From: Felis catus
Lineage: Eukaryota
DNA length: 64,000 nucleotides
Reading direction: 5' to 3'
Assembly: GCF_018350175.1 (NCBI RefSeq)
Contig: NC_058381.1
Coordinates: 1,860,001-1,924,000 of the forward strand
Within the stretch, counting starts at the first letter, position 1; every line of letters begins with the position of its first letter. This document shows positions 1 to 12,676 of the stretch, piece by piece. Below the pieces are notes generated by a model. That model was not told the DNA's origin, did not search any database, and saw only the letters and a program-made list of their open reading frames with translations. The position numbers were made by a program, and so were the translations under genes.

Positions 1-73
1 GGGCAGCCTGGCTGGGACCACGTGATGCTCTGTCCCCTCCATAGGTTCCCCTCTGGCTGGCCCTTCTGGGTGA

Positions 74-628
74 TGTATTCATCTGCTGGGGCTGAGGAGC
101 AAAGGACCACGGACCTGGGGGCTTAAACAGCAGAAATTTACTCTTACGGTTCTGGAAGCCCGAAGGCCAGCATCTTCTTCTTTTTTATTTTTTAAACATT
201 TATTAATTTTTGAAAGACAGAGCGTAAGCGGGGGAGGGGCAGAGAGAGAGGGTGACACAGAATCCAAAGCAGGCTGCAGGCTCTGAGCTGTCAGCACAGA
301 GCCCGACACGGGGCTCGAACCCACGGACCGTGAGATCACGACCTGAGCCAAAGTCGGACGCCCAACCGAGCCACCCAGGTGCCCCTGGCCTGGCTGCTTC
401 TGAGTGCGCTTTCTCTGGCTTCCTTCTCCCTGCGACTTCGCGTGATCTTCCCTCTGTACGTGTCTGTGCCCCAATTTCCTCTTTTTATAAGGACATCGGT
501 CATTTTGGGTAAAGCCCCACTGTGGTGACCTCACTTTAACTTATTTAAAGACCCTACTTCTGGATACAGCCACATGTTGAAGTCCTGGAGCCTAGGACTT
601 CAACATAGGACTTTACAGGAGCCACAGT
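74..628. mobile_element. Old MaLR (MLT1-like) LTR interrupted by a minus-strand Can-SINE (~177-385)
   Basis: MLT1-type text (TGTATT...GGCTTAAACAGCAGAAATTTA...TTCTGGAAG; TTTTATAAGGACA...) recognised from memory; family not verified. Confidence 0.6.
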
Positions 629-761
629 GGGGCACTAACAGGTGCGGAAACCTCCTTTCCAACCTTGGGGCCAGATTGGAACAGATTGGAACCGCGGGGC
701 CAGATTGTGTCTGTAATTCTGTCACTATTATCTGGGGAGGGCAGGAAGGCGATGTGTTTAA

Positions 762-1244
762 TTTTTCTTTTTTTTTTTTTAACATTTATTTATTTTTGAG
801 ACAGAGAGAGACAGAGCATGAACGGGGGAGGGTCAGAGAGAGAGGGAGACATAGAATCGGAAACAGGCTCCAGGCTCTGAGCTGTCAGCACAGAGCCCAA
901 TGTGGGGCTTGAACTCACGAACCGTGAGATCATGACCTGAGCCGAAGTCGGACACTTAACCGACCGAGCCACCCAGGCGCCCCAGTTTAATTTCTTGATT
1001 AATTGCCATGTTATTTTGCTCTCAACTTTGCACCAAGAAATGCAAGTTAAAAATGCTTTTTTAGGGGCGCCTGGGTGGCTCAGTCGGTTAAGCGTCTGTT
1101 GATTTCAGCTCAGGTCATGTTCTCACTGTTCCTGAGTTCGAGCTCCGTTTCTGGCTCTGGACTGATGATGCAGAGCCTACTTGGGATTCTCTCTCTCTCT
1201 CTGTGCCTTTCCCCCGCTCACATGTACTCGCTCTGTCTCTAAAA

Positions 1245-1279
<35 letters not shown>

Positions 1280-1295
1280 AAATAAAATCTTTTAA
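762..1295. mobile_element. Two Can-SINEs in opposite orientation (762-983 minus; 1064-~1295 plus with (AT)13 at 1245-1270)
   Basis: SINE head GGGGCGCCTGGGTGGCTCAGTCGG, (CT)n and A/T tails. GTTTAATTT flanks the first copy. Confidence 0.85.
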
Positions 1296-1776
1296 AAATA
1301 TGTAATGGGTTGGGATGGGAAGATGTGACATAACTCACCAGGCTTTGACAGATGGAGTAGGAAAAAAAAATATGCAAAGGTACAAAGGTATTGAGAATCT
1401 AAGTGATAATAAGTTTGCTTGATTAATTAGCCACTCATTCAACAAATATTTATTGAACCTGGATGATGTACATCAGGCCAGTTGCTGGATACCAGGAATG
1501 CAGCAGTGGTCAGTCATAAATTATCCATCCTGGGGCTTGTGTTCAAATACTTGACCTTTGTATCTTATAAATGGAGAACACACCTTTTCACTGCCAATGA
1601 AACATTCACAAATCAACGTTAGACCCTGAAAGAAATTCCAAGGTCCTCAAACCTGAAACTGACCTGGCCACATTCTCTGACCCCCCAGTGCAATAAACTG
1701 GAAACTTCCAAGCGTTTGTAACAAAACCCAACCCCTTTAGGACCCCGAGGCAGTCCTAAATAAATTTTTTAAAGTG

Positions 1777-1779
1777 TAT

Positions 1780-1814
<35 letters not shown>

Positions 1815-1816
1815 TT
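1777..1816. repeat. (TATT)n microsatellite in the tail of an older short SINE
   Basis: About 10 direct units visible. Confidence 0.85.
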
Positions 1817-2346
1817 TTTTAGCAATCTCTACACCCAACGTGGTGCTAGAACCCACAACCCCGAGATCAAGAGTCTCAATGCTCCCGAGACTGAGTCAGC
1901 CGGGGGCCCTGGCCCTAAATAGTTTTTGACCAATGAGAAAATCCAGATTGTAAACACGGATGATTATAAATAGACTCTGAGACCGTATCATGACGAAACG
2001 TGAAGAATAAACGGCACCGGATGATTGAGCACTTCATCATAATTAGCTGGGCTTGGTTCTAGAGACACGACCTACGTTATCTTCTATAATCCTTAGGACA
2101 GGCGTAGCAAGGTGACCCCGTTGTAAAGTAGACACTCGGCCCATGTTTGCAGAATGAGTCTACGTGGCTCAGAGAAGCTGAGTAACTTGCCTAAGACCAC
2201 ACAGCTGGGACCGCTCAAGCCGGAACTTGAACTCGGGCCTGTCAGACTCTAAGTCCTGTGCTCGTGATTGGTCTGGTGCGTCATCCACAGGCCTGATGAC
2301 GTAGGCAGAGGGGAAGTGCCGAGATGTAAAAAAAAAAAAAAATTAA

Positions 2347-2554
2347 TTTTTTTTTAACATTTATTTATTTTTGAGACAGAGAGAGACAGAGCATGAATGG
2401 GGGAGGGTCAGAGAGAGGGAGACACAAAACCTGAAACAGGCTCCAGGCTTTGAGCTGTCAGCACAGAGCCCGACGCGGGGCTCGAACTCACAAACTGTGA
2501 GATCATGACTTGAGGGAAGTTTGATGCTTAACCAACTGAGCCACGCAGGCGCCC
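2347..2554 (-). mobile_element. Can-SINE
   Basis: T-rich tail, (GA)n and head ending GGCGCCC at 2554. Confidence 0.85.
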
Positions 2555-4223
2555 TGATACCAGGCACTGCTGAACACGCTGGGGGTTCAGTTGGGAGGGG
2601 CAAACAGTAAGCACGTAAGCCAATGAATGCACAGCCTTCGGGTAGCAATGAATCGTGCAGAAAAATAGGCGTTTAGGCGCTGAAGTCACAGCTGTTGAGG
2701 ACTGCTGTCATTCCGGGGGCCCGGGAAGGGCTTTCTGAGGCAGGGGCGACCAGGAAAGAAGGGAGGTTTGGCAGGGAGAGTGTGGGGTGCAGCCAACAGC
2801 ATGTGCAAAGGCCCTGGGGAGGAGCGTGGGTCGTGGCAGGCGGGCAGAGGGGCGGAGCGGTCCGAGCTTGGCGAGCCAGGGGAGAGCAGACGAGGTGAAG
2901 AGGGAGCTGACCCCGAGATCTGGAGTTGGTGATGGGATGGGGCTGCCATTATCAACGTGAGGAGGCGGGGGGTGGGGGGGGTGGGGAGGCAGGAGTGGGG
3001 CAGGGCTGGGAGAGGGAGGGTGGGTGAGAAAAGAGGGGAGAGAATAGGAGGCGGGCCAGAGGTGGAGGGGCCAGGAGAGGGTCGCCTGGCGAGGCCTGGG
3101 GAAGACCAGGGCAGTGTGAGTCCTGGAGGCCAAGGCCGAGTTCCGAGGAGGGAGGGCAGCTTCGTGAAATGCCCCCCCCCCCCGGAGGGTGGGACCTGCC
3201 TATGGGGTCTGGCAAGACCGTCTCAACAAGGGCACCTCCATCGGAGTGGCAGGGACGGGAACCGGGGGGGGACAGAGGTGACCAAGGCACCCAAGGGGCA
3301 AATTCAACATGAAAGACCAAGAAACAAACAAAGAGGAATTTGCAGGGAGCGGTCACGGTGAGAAGTCCCAGGGGAAAGATGAGCAGTGGCCTCTCTGGAA
3401 AGGGAAGAACCGGGATGGCTGGCCGAGGGTGGCGACGAAGTGCTGCCCTCTGGGGAGCGAGGTGGTGTGCAGTCGTCCCTCCAGAGAACCCAGGAGGGCA
3501 GGGCTGAGAGCCTCCGGGGGCTTCACCACTGGGGACTCACGGCGAGACCCGCCGCCCCCAGCCGTGCTAGGGAGCTCGCGCACAGTGTCCCCGTCGGTGG
3601 GGTTTGGTCCAGTCGCGCTTGGGGTTTTGCAAGTAAGGTGGCGGCAGGGCGGGGGTGGGGGGAGGGCGAGAGACCTCAGAGTGGAAGCAGCAGCAGGGAG
3701 GCCGAAAGACACGTGCCTCACCTCAGGATGCGAGCCATGTGGGAGAGACCACTGTCCCTTCGAGGACTCAGTTCGGAGCAGAGCCAAGTTCCCATGAGAG
3801 CAAGAGGGCAGCTGAGAAACAGTCTGATGGTTTGAGGCACGATGCGGGGAGGTAGGAGGTCATCACTCAGAGATAAGCCTTGGCAAACGTGGACTTCGGG
3901 GGTGGCGGGTGGCCAACAGGGTTAGAAGGCGTCTCTGGGAAAGTGGAGGGTTCGTCTCAGTTGTGGATTCCGTCCTGGGCTTGTCCTCTCCGGCACTTTG
4001 CTGGGCTAGTAATGACAATGTGCAGCATCTATGGAAGCCTCTGTGCCAAAGACCTCGTAAGCATCTAGGTTTAGTGATCTGCCTCGTGCTCATGACAGTC
4101 CTATTGCTGTCCCCTTTCTGCAGGTGGGGAAACAGATGCAGAGAGGGTAACTTGTCCAAGATCGTGAAGCTAGTAAGCGGGGAGCCTGGATTCTAACTCA
4201 GGCATCTGACCCCTGAGGCTTGT

Positions 4224-5135
4224 CTTTTTTTTTTTTTAAGAAGGTATTTTANNNNNNNNNNNNNNNNNNNNNNNNNNNNNNNNNNNNNNNNNNNNNNNNN
4301 NNNNNNNNNNNNNNNNNNNNNNNNNNNNNNNNNNNNNNNNNNNNNNNNNNNNNNNNNNNNNNNNNNNNNNNNNNNNNNNNNNNNNNNNNNNNNNNNNNNN
4401 NNNNNNCTGTCAGGACAGAGCCTGACTCGGGGGTCGAACTCACAAACCGTGAGATAACGGCCTGAGCCAAAACCGAGTCAGACGTTCAACTGACTGAGCC
4501 AACCTGGCACCCCAGAAGGTTTTTAATTTTTATTTTATGTTTTTATTATTTTTTAATGTTTATTTATTTTTGAGAGAGAGACAGACAGACAGAGAGACAG
4601 AGCATGAGTGGGGGAGGGACAGAGAGAGAGACACACACAGAATCCGAAGCAGGCTCCAGGCTCCGAGCTGTCAGCACAGAGCCCGACGTGGGGCTCGAAC
4701 TTATGGGCTGTGAGATCATGACCTGAGCTGAAGTCAGACGCTTAACCTACTGAGCCACCCAGGCGCCAGTAAGGCGATATTTTAACTAACCTAATATATC
4801 TAAACTGTTGTTATTTAACCATGTAATCAATATAAAATATTATTAACGAGATATTTACTTCTTTTCTCCATAATAATAAGTCTTCAAAGCTGAGTTTGCA
4901 TTTTACACCTGAGGCACATGAAGTCAAGACTTGCCCGGGGCGCCTGGGTGGCTTAGTCGGTTAAGGGTCCGACTTCCGCCCAGGTCATGATCTCACGGTT
5001 CATGAGTTCAAGCCCCGTGTCAGGCTCTGTGCTAACAGCTCAGAGCCTGGAGCCTGCTTCGAATTCTGTGTCTCCCTCTCTCTCTGCCCCTACCCTGCTC
5101 ACACTCTTTCAAAAATAAATAAACATTAAAAACAA
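4224..5135. mobile_element. Can-SINE cluster (two minus copies ~4224-4767, one partly in the gap; plus copy 4937-~5135)
   Basis: Recognisable SINE heads and tails. Confidence 0.8.
4252..4406. other. Assembly gap (155 N)
   Basis: N run. Confidence 1.
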
Positions 5136-5344
5136 ACAAACCAACAGTGATGAGGCGGGCGGTGTCAGGTAGAGTTTAGTGATCTTTCTAGAAGCTCGCT
5201 GATCCATTCCCAGGAGCCGCCCCCCCCCCCTTAAATCTCTCCATGAATTTCACAGAAAACTCGGCAGACGTGTTTGTGATTCTGTTCATGGCCAATCACG
5301 AAGGGGAAATAAAAGCCTTTCAAAAGTAAGCCCTCTGTTATCTG

Positions 5345-5388
5345 TTCCGGGAAGTTGTGTTGTTTTCCAAGAAGCAGTTTCCCAAGAA
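5345..5388. promoter_or_regulatory. Cluster of three STAT-type palindromes (candidate enhancer)
   Basis: TTCCGGGAA at 5345-5353, TTCCAAGAA at 5365-5373 and TTCCCAAGAA (TTC-N4-GAA) at 5379-5388. Motif evidence only. Confidence 0.45.
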
Positions 5389-5429
5389 GTTACAAGCACA
5401 TATTGTTTCCAGGCTCCCCGACTTACCTT

Positions 5430-5575
5430 GGTGACCTGACTTAACCTCCCCGTGCCTCAGTCTTCTCATCTGTAAAATGGGGGAATACTAAGAACATCTG
5501 ACCTCCAGGTTTGTTACGAGCATGAAACTTACTTACTCACGTATGTAAATAAAGCACTTAGAACACAGTCCGACT
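5430..5575 (+). mobile_element. MIR remnant
   Basis: Core-like text CTTAACCTCCCCGTGCCTCAGTCTTCTCATCTGTAAAATGGGG...AAAGCACTTAGAACA. Confidence 0.65.
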
Positions 5576-8227
5576 CGACTAAGCCCTGCGTGCACATTGC
5601 CTCCTTGTGTTTTCCGCGCCAGGCCAACAGAGCGTGGCTCTCACACGAGATTCTCCAGGGTTCCGGGTCTGAATCTGCCTGGGTTCAGACCGGGTTTGTC
5701 TAAGCCCAGGATCCATGACCTACCTCCAGCCACTGACTGAGCGACCAGGCAGAAGAAAGTCAGCAAGGCTAGAGAAGCCAACCACACCATCAGCCGACAG
5801 CTGATACCTTTCACCCAACAACATCAAGCTTCACGTTTTTGTCAAGCGCCCACGGGACATATACAAGACGGACCCTCTCCCGGGCCCCGAGACCAGGCTC
5901 TGGAATCACACAGGGCGTGCTCTCTGACCACGAGGTACGCAAACTGGAAATCAATGAGAGAAAGACAGCAGGAGACTCTCCAAACACTTGGGAGACTAAA
6001 GCCATGACCTCCCGAGCAGGTGGGTACCCGTATCCGTGGTGCCTCCTGTCCCTCCTGGGCGATGCTCCCAGTGCAAAGTGACAGCTCCCAAACCCTCTGG
6101 TCGTCCGGCCGCCAGCGCCATTCTTCTGGGTTCTTTGGGGTTTTCAGTGTCCTCCCCCCTCAGAGTCACACCGTGTCCCCTGAGAAGGGGGAGGAGCTCC
6201 CTCTGTGGGTGACTTTGTGTCCTGAGATCAGGCGCTGTCCTGGTTGGGACTAGGGCCCCACACAGATCCCTGTTGCCTTCCTTCCCCCTGATACGGACTT
6301 CCCTTCCTCGGTCCTCAGCCAGAGACTCCGCGCAAAGCAATCCCCCACCCACCAGGCAGGCTCAGGCTATTTTGTGTCCCGGGACACTCTCTACTTCCTC
6401 TTTCATTTATCACAGAGAAAAATCAGGAATGTCCCAACTGTCCCCAATGTGGGCCTGGGTATGTCGCGTTCATAAAGTAAATCAGCTTGAGCCATCGATG
6501 AAGAGAGAGTGCATGAGGACGCGGACATCCGTTGGGTCACATGTTATATGAAAAAAAGCAGGCTGGTTGGCACCGTGTCCATCGGGGTCATTAAAGTTTT
6601 GTAAAAAGATGCGCGGAGGGGGTCGCCCGGGTGGCGCGGTCGGTTAAACATCTGCCTCGACGTTGGCTCAGGTCACGGTCTCGTGGTTCGTGAGCTCAAG
6701 ACCCGCATCGGGCTCTGCGCTGACAGTGTGGAGCCTGCTTGGGATTCTCTCTCTCTCTCTCTCTCTCTCTCAAAATAAATAAATAAACTTAAAAAAAAAA
6801 AAAGGATGTGCAGAGGCTGTGAACACACCGACACGGTGACAGTGGCTGTCCCCGGGTGCTGGGATTAAGGGTCCTTTGAATTTTCTTCTTAGGGTTGCCT
6901 CTAATTCGCACCCCCCCTTCCCTGCCCTTTCCAGTCCGCACCCGCCACTCTATCGAATGCTCCCGTGTCCCGGTCCGGCGTCCAGGGGACACTTCATCAC
7001 CTTATCTTCCCTGACGCACCCTGTGTCAGCATCTGACACAGCTGACCACCCTCTCTCTGTTTACGGTCTCTCCCGGTTTTTCTGCCGCCCTCAGGACTTG
7101 TCATGCCCCTGCCGGCCCCTCTTCCTCCTTGTCCTGTCCTGCACCAGGATTCTGCTGAGAAGGCACCTCGCTCTCTCCGGACGCTGTCCCCCACCCCTGG
7201 CTGTGTGACCCCTGCCCCCGTCACTCTGTCAGCTGCCTCCGGAGTCACGAGGAGGCCCACAGAGGGCTCGTGTTTCACAGAGCCTCCTGAACTCCTCGCC
7301 CTTCTCTCCGACCCCCTTCTAGCTACTTAACTCCACTCCTCACGTCCATGGCCGTGCTGTCACGAGCAGGTGGCTCTTGTGTCTGTCTCGCTGCCCCAGC
7401 TGGGAGCCACCAGCACCCTTCATTTCTTGGCCCCAGTATCTGTTCACTGATCCTATCCGGCTCCTCATTAGCCCTAACGCCCATCTGCTTGTCCCCAACA
7501 TCGAAGGCACCATAAGCTCTCGCCCGCATTTTTACCAAAGCCTCCGAGTGGGTGGGTCTCCTCAAGTCTTAACCCTCCCAGGGTCCGTTCGTCCCTCCAA
7601 TCTAGCAGGGATATGTTCCTGAAACTCCTGTAGTAAGTGCTGAGTGGCTGTTATAAGCAAAAGCCGTAGTTTTAAACAAGGCAGGTGTCCCCTGACATGG
7701 AATTTACTTTTTCGAATGTGTTGGAGGAGGTGTAATAAACGTAAATAAATAAATGAGATAATCAAGTAACTGATAATTGCTCAATGAAAATGGAAGAGTA
7801 ATGTGATGGAGAGTAAGGAAAGAAGTAATTTAAAGAAGGCTCACCTCATTCTAAACTCCGAACCCCTTGTAGTTTCTCCCAAAGGCCTTACTTACTTTTG
7901 CCCCAGGACCTTTGCACATGCCGTGACCATCTTTTCTCTTCTTTACCTGGCTAACTCCTAGTTGTCCTTCAGGTCACTGCTTAGATGTCATTTCTTCCAA
8001 GAAGCCCTCGCTGATACCCCAAGGCTGTCTTAAGTGCCTCTTCTGTCTCTAAGTCTGTAGCTTTTTCACCCTCACAGCAATCACACTGTACCGGAACTTT
8101 CTGGTTACTTCTCTGTGTCTTCCAGGCGTCCTTCTAAGCCAGTGACTTTCAGATGTTTTGACCATGGTCTACAGTGAGGAATGCATTTCATATCATGATG
8201 CAACACACATATAAACATATATGGTGC

Positions 8228-8910
8228 GGGGCGCCTGGGGGGCTCAGTTGGTTAAGTATCTGACTTCGGCTCAGGTCATGGTCTCGTGGTTCGTGGGTTC
8301 GAGCCCTACACGGGTATTGTGCTGACAGCTCAGAGCCTGGAGCCTGCTTTGGATTCTGTGTTGTAAGGGTTAAGTTGTAGTGTAGGGCTAATGCTTAGCT
8401 TGAAAAATAACAGCTTTGTGTTGACACTGAAGGTTAAGAGATAACAGCCTTGCTTAGCTCTGGTAAACTACGCCTCATACCCTTGTAAATTAGGCTTCAC
8501 CAATTAAGGAAACAAAAGTTCAAAGAGAAGAGCGTCAGAGGTCAAGGAGATCCACTGGTTGCAACTTAGAGGCAGAAAGTCTAAAGTAAACACCTCATTA
8601 CGCAACTGTTTCTAACTCATCTGGAACCTGTTTCTTTGTTCTGTTCCCAGGTGATGATAAAACGATGTGATCGGTTATAAAAACTCTGTGCCCCGGCTGT
8701 TCCGGGCCGCACTCTTATCAAAAGTGTTGGTCCCGATCGGTCGGCCTTGCCTCTCATTGTAATAAACTTTGTTGTGACTGTCACTGGTGCCCGTAGCATT
8801 CTGTTTCAGGAGTCCTGTGGATGCAACAGTGTCTCCTTCTCTCTCTGCCCGTCCTCTACTTGCCCTCTCTCTCTCTCTCTCAAAAACAAACATTAAACAA
8901 TTTTTAAAAA
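8228..8910 (+). mobile_element. Can-SINE split by the solo LTR
   Basis: GGGGCGCCTGG head at 8228; the (CT)n tract and A-tail resume after 8832. Confidence 0.9.
8362..8828 (+). mobile_element. Solo LTR of an endogenous retrovirus (probably ERV1/gamma-like), inserted inside a Can-SINE
   Basis: 467 bp with TG...CA termini, a 4-bp TSD GTGT (8358-8361 and 8829-8832), TATAAA at 8676-8681 and AATAAA at 8761-8766. Removing it restores the SINE sequence GATTCTGTGTCTCC. Confidence 0.9.
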
Positions 8911-9111
8911 TAGAATGCTGTTTGAGGCCCACTAAATTGACTTAATAAACTCTCATAAATCTGCATTTTGAAAATCTTCCTTTTTAAGTTTATTTAAGTA
9001 ATCTCTACATCAAACATGGGGAGCTCGAACTCACAACCCCGAGATCAAAGTTGGATGCTCTTCCGACTGAGCCAGCCAGGCGCCCCTGCTTTTTGAAAAT
9101 CCTGCCCTAAC

Positions 9112-9392
9112 CAGGGGTCGGTGTGCTTTTCCTATGAAGAGCCTGTTAGCAGATATTTTAGGCTTTGTGGGGCCGTATGGTTTGTCACAAGCACAAGTCT
9201 GTTTGAATCATTCAAGTAGCCACAGACAACACATAAGTAGTTGTGGGTCTATTTCATCATAGATTTAGGGACACTGCAATTTGAAGTTCATCACAATTTT
9301 CACATCGCAAAACGTTCTTCTTTTGGCGTCGTAGCCTGCAGGTCGTACGAAAGGGCCAGATTTGGCCGGAGGCCACAGCCTGCTGGCCCCTG
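9112..9392. mobile_element. MER58-like hAT-Charlie MITE remnant
   Basis: Terminal inverted repeats CAGGGGTCGG...CTGGCCCCTG and a MER58-like interior; family by eye. Confidence 0.55.
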
Positions 9393-10693
9393 CCGTGGAC
9401 TGAAAGCTTCACGGAGCCAGAAAGCATGTCTGTTCTCCCCGTCGCCTCTCTAAAGTACAGCACGAAGCCTCGTGTGCATTCAATCAGTACTGAGGAAGTG
9501 AATTATTAAAGACAGCAACTCGTAAATTAAACATTTTTGTGCTACACGTACCGTATGCTTATGGAAGAAAAATGAGCCACACGGCTGAGTCAAATGAGCC
9601 AGCAAATCCTTAGTAATCCTACCAGTCGGAGATAACCATATCCTTTCAGACTTTTATGCGGTAGACAGCAGGAATTTAGGGAAAGGTTATTTTCTGGCCA
9701 AGAGAGTGGTAAAAAGCTCCATTCCCCCTCAATTCACCAGGGATCTAGGCTTCCCTTTTAGAGTTTTAGGGTGCTGAGGGCTCAGCAGGGGGGGTGGGGT
9801 GGACGGGTGTACCCTTATCTGGGAGTCAAGGAAATTGTACTTTCCTAAGGAAGTGATGTTTAGGCTGAGAAGGAATCCGTTGAGCAAGAACACGGGGGAA
9901 GTTCCACAATGTCTTTATTTGGAGGCTGCTGGCTGGAGGGTGGAGAGGGGGCGGAAGGTGGCATGAACCTTGCCTGGAGGTTGGCAGAGGCCACTCGAGA
10001 AGGGCCTTTCCCAGCTGGGTCTATCTACCCCGTTACAGGCGCTAAGGAAGACAGACATTAAAAAAAAAAAAAAAAAAATCCCGAGTCAGCGGTCAGCCAG
10101 ATCCAGGATGAGAAACTTTCTACAGGACAAATGATTCAGTTTCTCACAGTGGCATAAAAAAGAAAGAAAAAAGACAGGGAATCCCCTTACAGAGTAAAAG
10201 AGACCAATGGGACACAGCAGCCAAAGCCACGTGTGGACCTTGTTTCTTTCCTTCTTTCTTTCTTTTTTTAATGTGTATTTATTTTTAAGGGTGGGGGAGC
10301 AGAGAGAAGGAGACACAGAATCCGAAGCAGGCTCCAGGCTCGGAGCTGTCAGCACAGAGCCCGACGCCGGGGCTTGAACTCACAGACCATGAGATCATGA
10401 CCTGAGTGAAAGCCGGTCGCTTAACCCACTGAGCCCCCCAGGCGCCCTGGACCTTGTTTATTTCTTCGTTGCAACAAACCAGCTGTAAAAGCCATCTTTG
10501 AGATAATCGAAGAAATTTGAACGTGAATTGGGTATTACAAGATATTAAAGAATAAATGCTAACTTTTTCGGTGTGATAATGGCCCCGTGGTTACAATTGT
10601 TTCAAAGCCCTTATGAGTTAGTTATAGATGCATATGAGTAAGATGACTGATGTCTGGGCTGTGCCTTCAAACACTCTGGGAAAAAGCTGGGGG

Positions 10694-10970
10694 TGTGATA
10701 TTGTGATATGATAATATATATTTTGTCTGTGTCCCAGTTCCCGGCACAGTGCTTCTTAAAATCTTGGAATTTCCCAAGTAATAGGGGAGAGAGGAGGGTC
10801 TTATGTTACTCATAATACGGCCTTTTGAACGGTACCTGAGTGTATGCTAATGCATTGACTCTTGGCGGCTGACGGCTGGCTTCCGGATTATTCCCCGGGG
10901 AATGACTTCCTGCCTGTCTGGACTGTGTAAGGACACCTGTGGTTGTTCCATAGGGAGCTGTGGGTCCCAC
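10694..10970 (+). mobile_element. Old LTR fragment (MER21-like)
   Basis: Starts TGTGATATTGTGATATGATAATATATATTTTGTC...TTCTTAAAATCTTGGAATTTCCC, resembling recalled MER21 starts. Right boundary uncertain. Confidence 0.4.
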
Positions 10971-12565
10971 ATTGCCCCAAACATGCTCACCTACCCTGCA
11001 GCATTTAAAACCAAAGATAGGGGGCGCCTGGGTGGCTCAGTCGATTAAGGGTCGGACTTCGGTTCAGATCATGATCTCAGGGTTAGTGAGTTCAAGCCCG
11101 GTATTGAGCTCTGTGCTGACAGTTCAGAGCCTGGAGCCTGCCTCGGATTCTGTGTCTCCCCCCCCCTCTCTGACCCTCCCCTGCTCACTCTCTGTCTCTT
11201 GAAAATAAATAAATGTTAAGAATTTTTTTCAGAACTCTTTTTAAAATTTCATTTTAGCTATTATAGATGCAAACCAGGGGATTGTGTATTTCACTTTCTT
11301 TTTCTTATTAATTTGCATTTCCTTATGCAGCCAGTGAACCAGCTCCCTGGAGCCTACTTGGAGTTCTGTCTCCCTCTCTCTCTCCCTGCTGCCCCTCCCT
11401 TGTGCCTCTCTCTCTCTCAAAATACATAAATAAAACATTATAAAAAATGAAATAATTTTTAGATTTATAGGTGAGCTACAAAGACAGAACGTTCCTGTAC
11501 CCCTTGACCCATTTTCCTTTAACGTTATGTCTTAAACCACCACAGTGTGTTTATGGAAACTGAGACATTAGCACAGACACCATACCGTTAGCTAAATATA
11601 GATTTTATTTGGATTCCCCAGTTTTTTCCACCAAAGTCCTTTCTTTGCCCCAGGATCCGACCCAGGATACCACGTCATCTTTAGACATCATGTCCCCTCC
11701 GTCTCTTCCAGTCTGTCACAGTTTCTTGGTCTTTCCTCGCCTCTCGTGACTTTGACACTTTGGCAGGAGTGGTCATGCGTTCTGTAGACTGTCCCACAGG
11801 TTGGATTCGTCCGATGTTTTCTCAGGATGAGACAGAGCTTAGGGATTCTTAGGAAGAACACTAAGGTGATGGGGCCTCATTGCAACAGGTCGGGGAGCAC
11901 GTGACATCAACATGACTTACTCACTGGGGGAAAGTGGTGTGTGCCAAGCTTCTCTGTTACTTTTCCCTTTCTGTACCTAGCCACGGAGGCACTAAGCCCA
12001 GCCGACACTCACGGGGATTTTAAGAATGGAGGAAAGGGGATCGAAGCAGGGGACTAATGCCCTAGAGGGAATCCTCTGCCTGGTGAACGAACAGGTGAAC
12101 TTGAATGCCTTTGGCAGGCTGACTCGGAAGTTGGCCCTTCACTGGATATGCGGAACGAGAGAAGGTGGAGACCGGACGGAGGAGGGCCCAGGGTTGGGTG
12201 GCCTGGGGCCCTTCGCTGCCTCTAAACCACGGGGTCTGTGCGCCCCTCGGAGCCTGTATGCTTTTGCCCTGCCTGCTAGTGAGAAGCCACTTTCCCCTTC
12301 TCGGGTCTTGCGTTGGGGCAGGTCCCCGAGGTTTACAGAGGCCTGGAAATGACTTACCCGCCCCCCCCCACACACACACCCCAGGAGTTTGGGATTGCCA
12401 AGGAGGGTCGGAGCCGCGAGGAAGGGAGGCGACAGCCATGGCGGGGCGTTAAGAAGCTGGAGGAATATGAGTCATCCCGAAATCCTTTCCTCTCCTCCGC
12501 GTTTAGGACCCCGTGCGGGGCGTATAACCGGAAGGCGCGTGACTCAGTGGTTTCAAACGAGCACT

Positions 12566-12571
12566 TTTATT
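12566..12571 (-). terminator. Poly(A) signal for ZMYND15
   Basis: TTTATT on + (AATAAA on -), about 105 nt downstream of the ZMYND15 stop codon. Confidence 0.75.
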
Positions 12572-12676
12572 TACCTCCGCGCGATCCGCCAAACGCCTCC
12601 CCCCGGCCGTGCGCGGCTCCGATCTGCTTTCGGGGGCGTGTTGGGCGGTGGGCGCCGGGCGGCCACACCCGGGCCC

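Noticed and set aside
790-972. Recurring small ORFs such as MAQSVKRPTSAQVMISR...SLEPASDSVSPSL (many copies in the window)
   Set aside because: These are translations of Can-SINE bodies, not a gene family.
5421-5430. Perfect minus-strand donor AAG|GTAAGT
   Set aside because: It sits at the edge of a MIR and is likely repeat-derived. I found no upstream acceptor or ORF to make an exon.
1-12400. Searched for TM4SF5, the expected syntenic neighbour of ZMYND15
   Set aside because: No matching exon was recognised; it probably lies left of the window. The region reads as repeats plus unique non-coding DNA.
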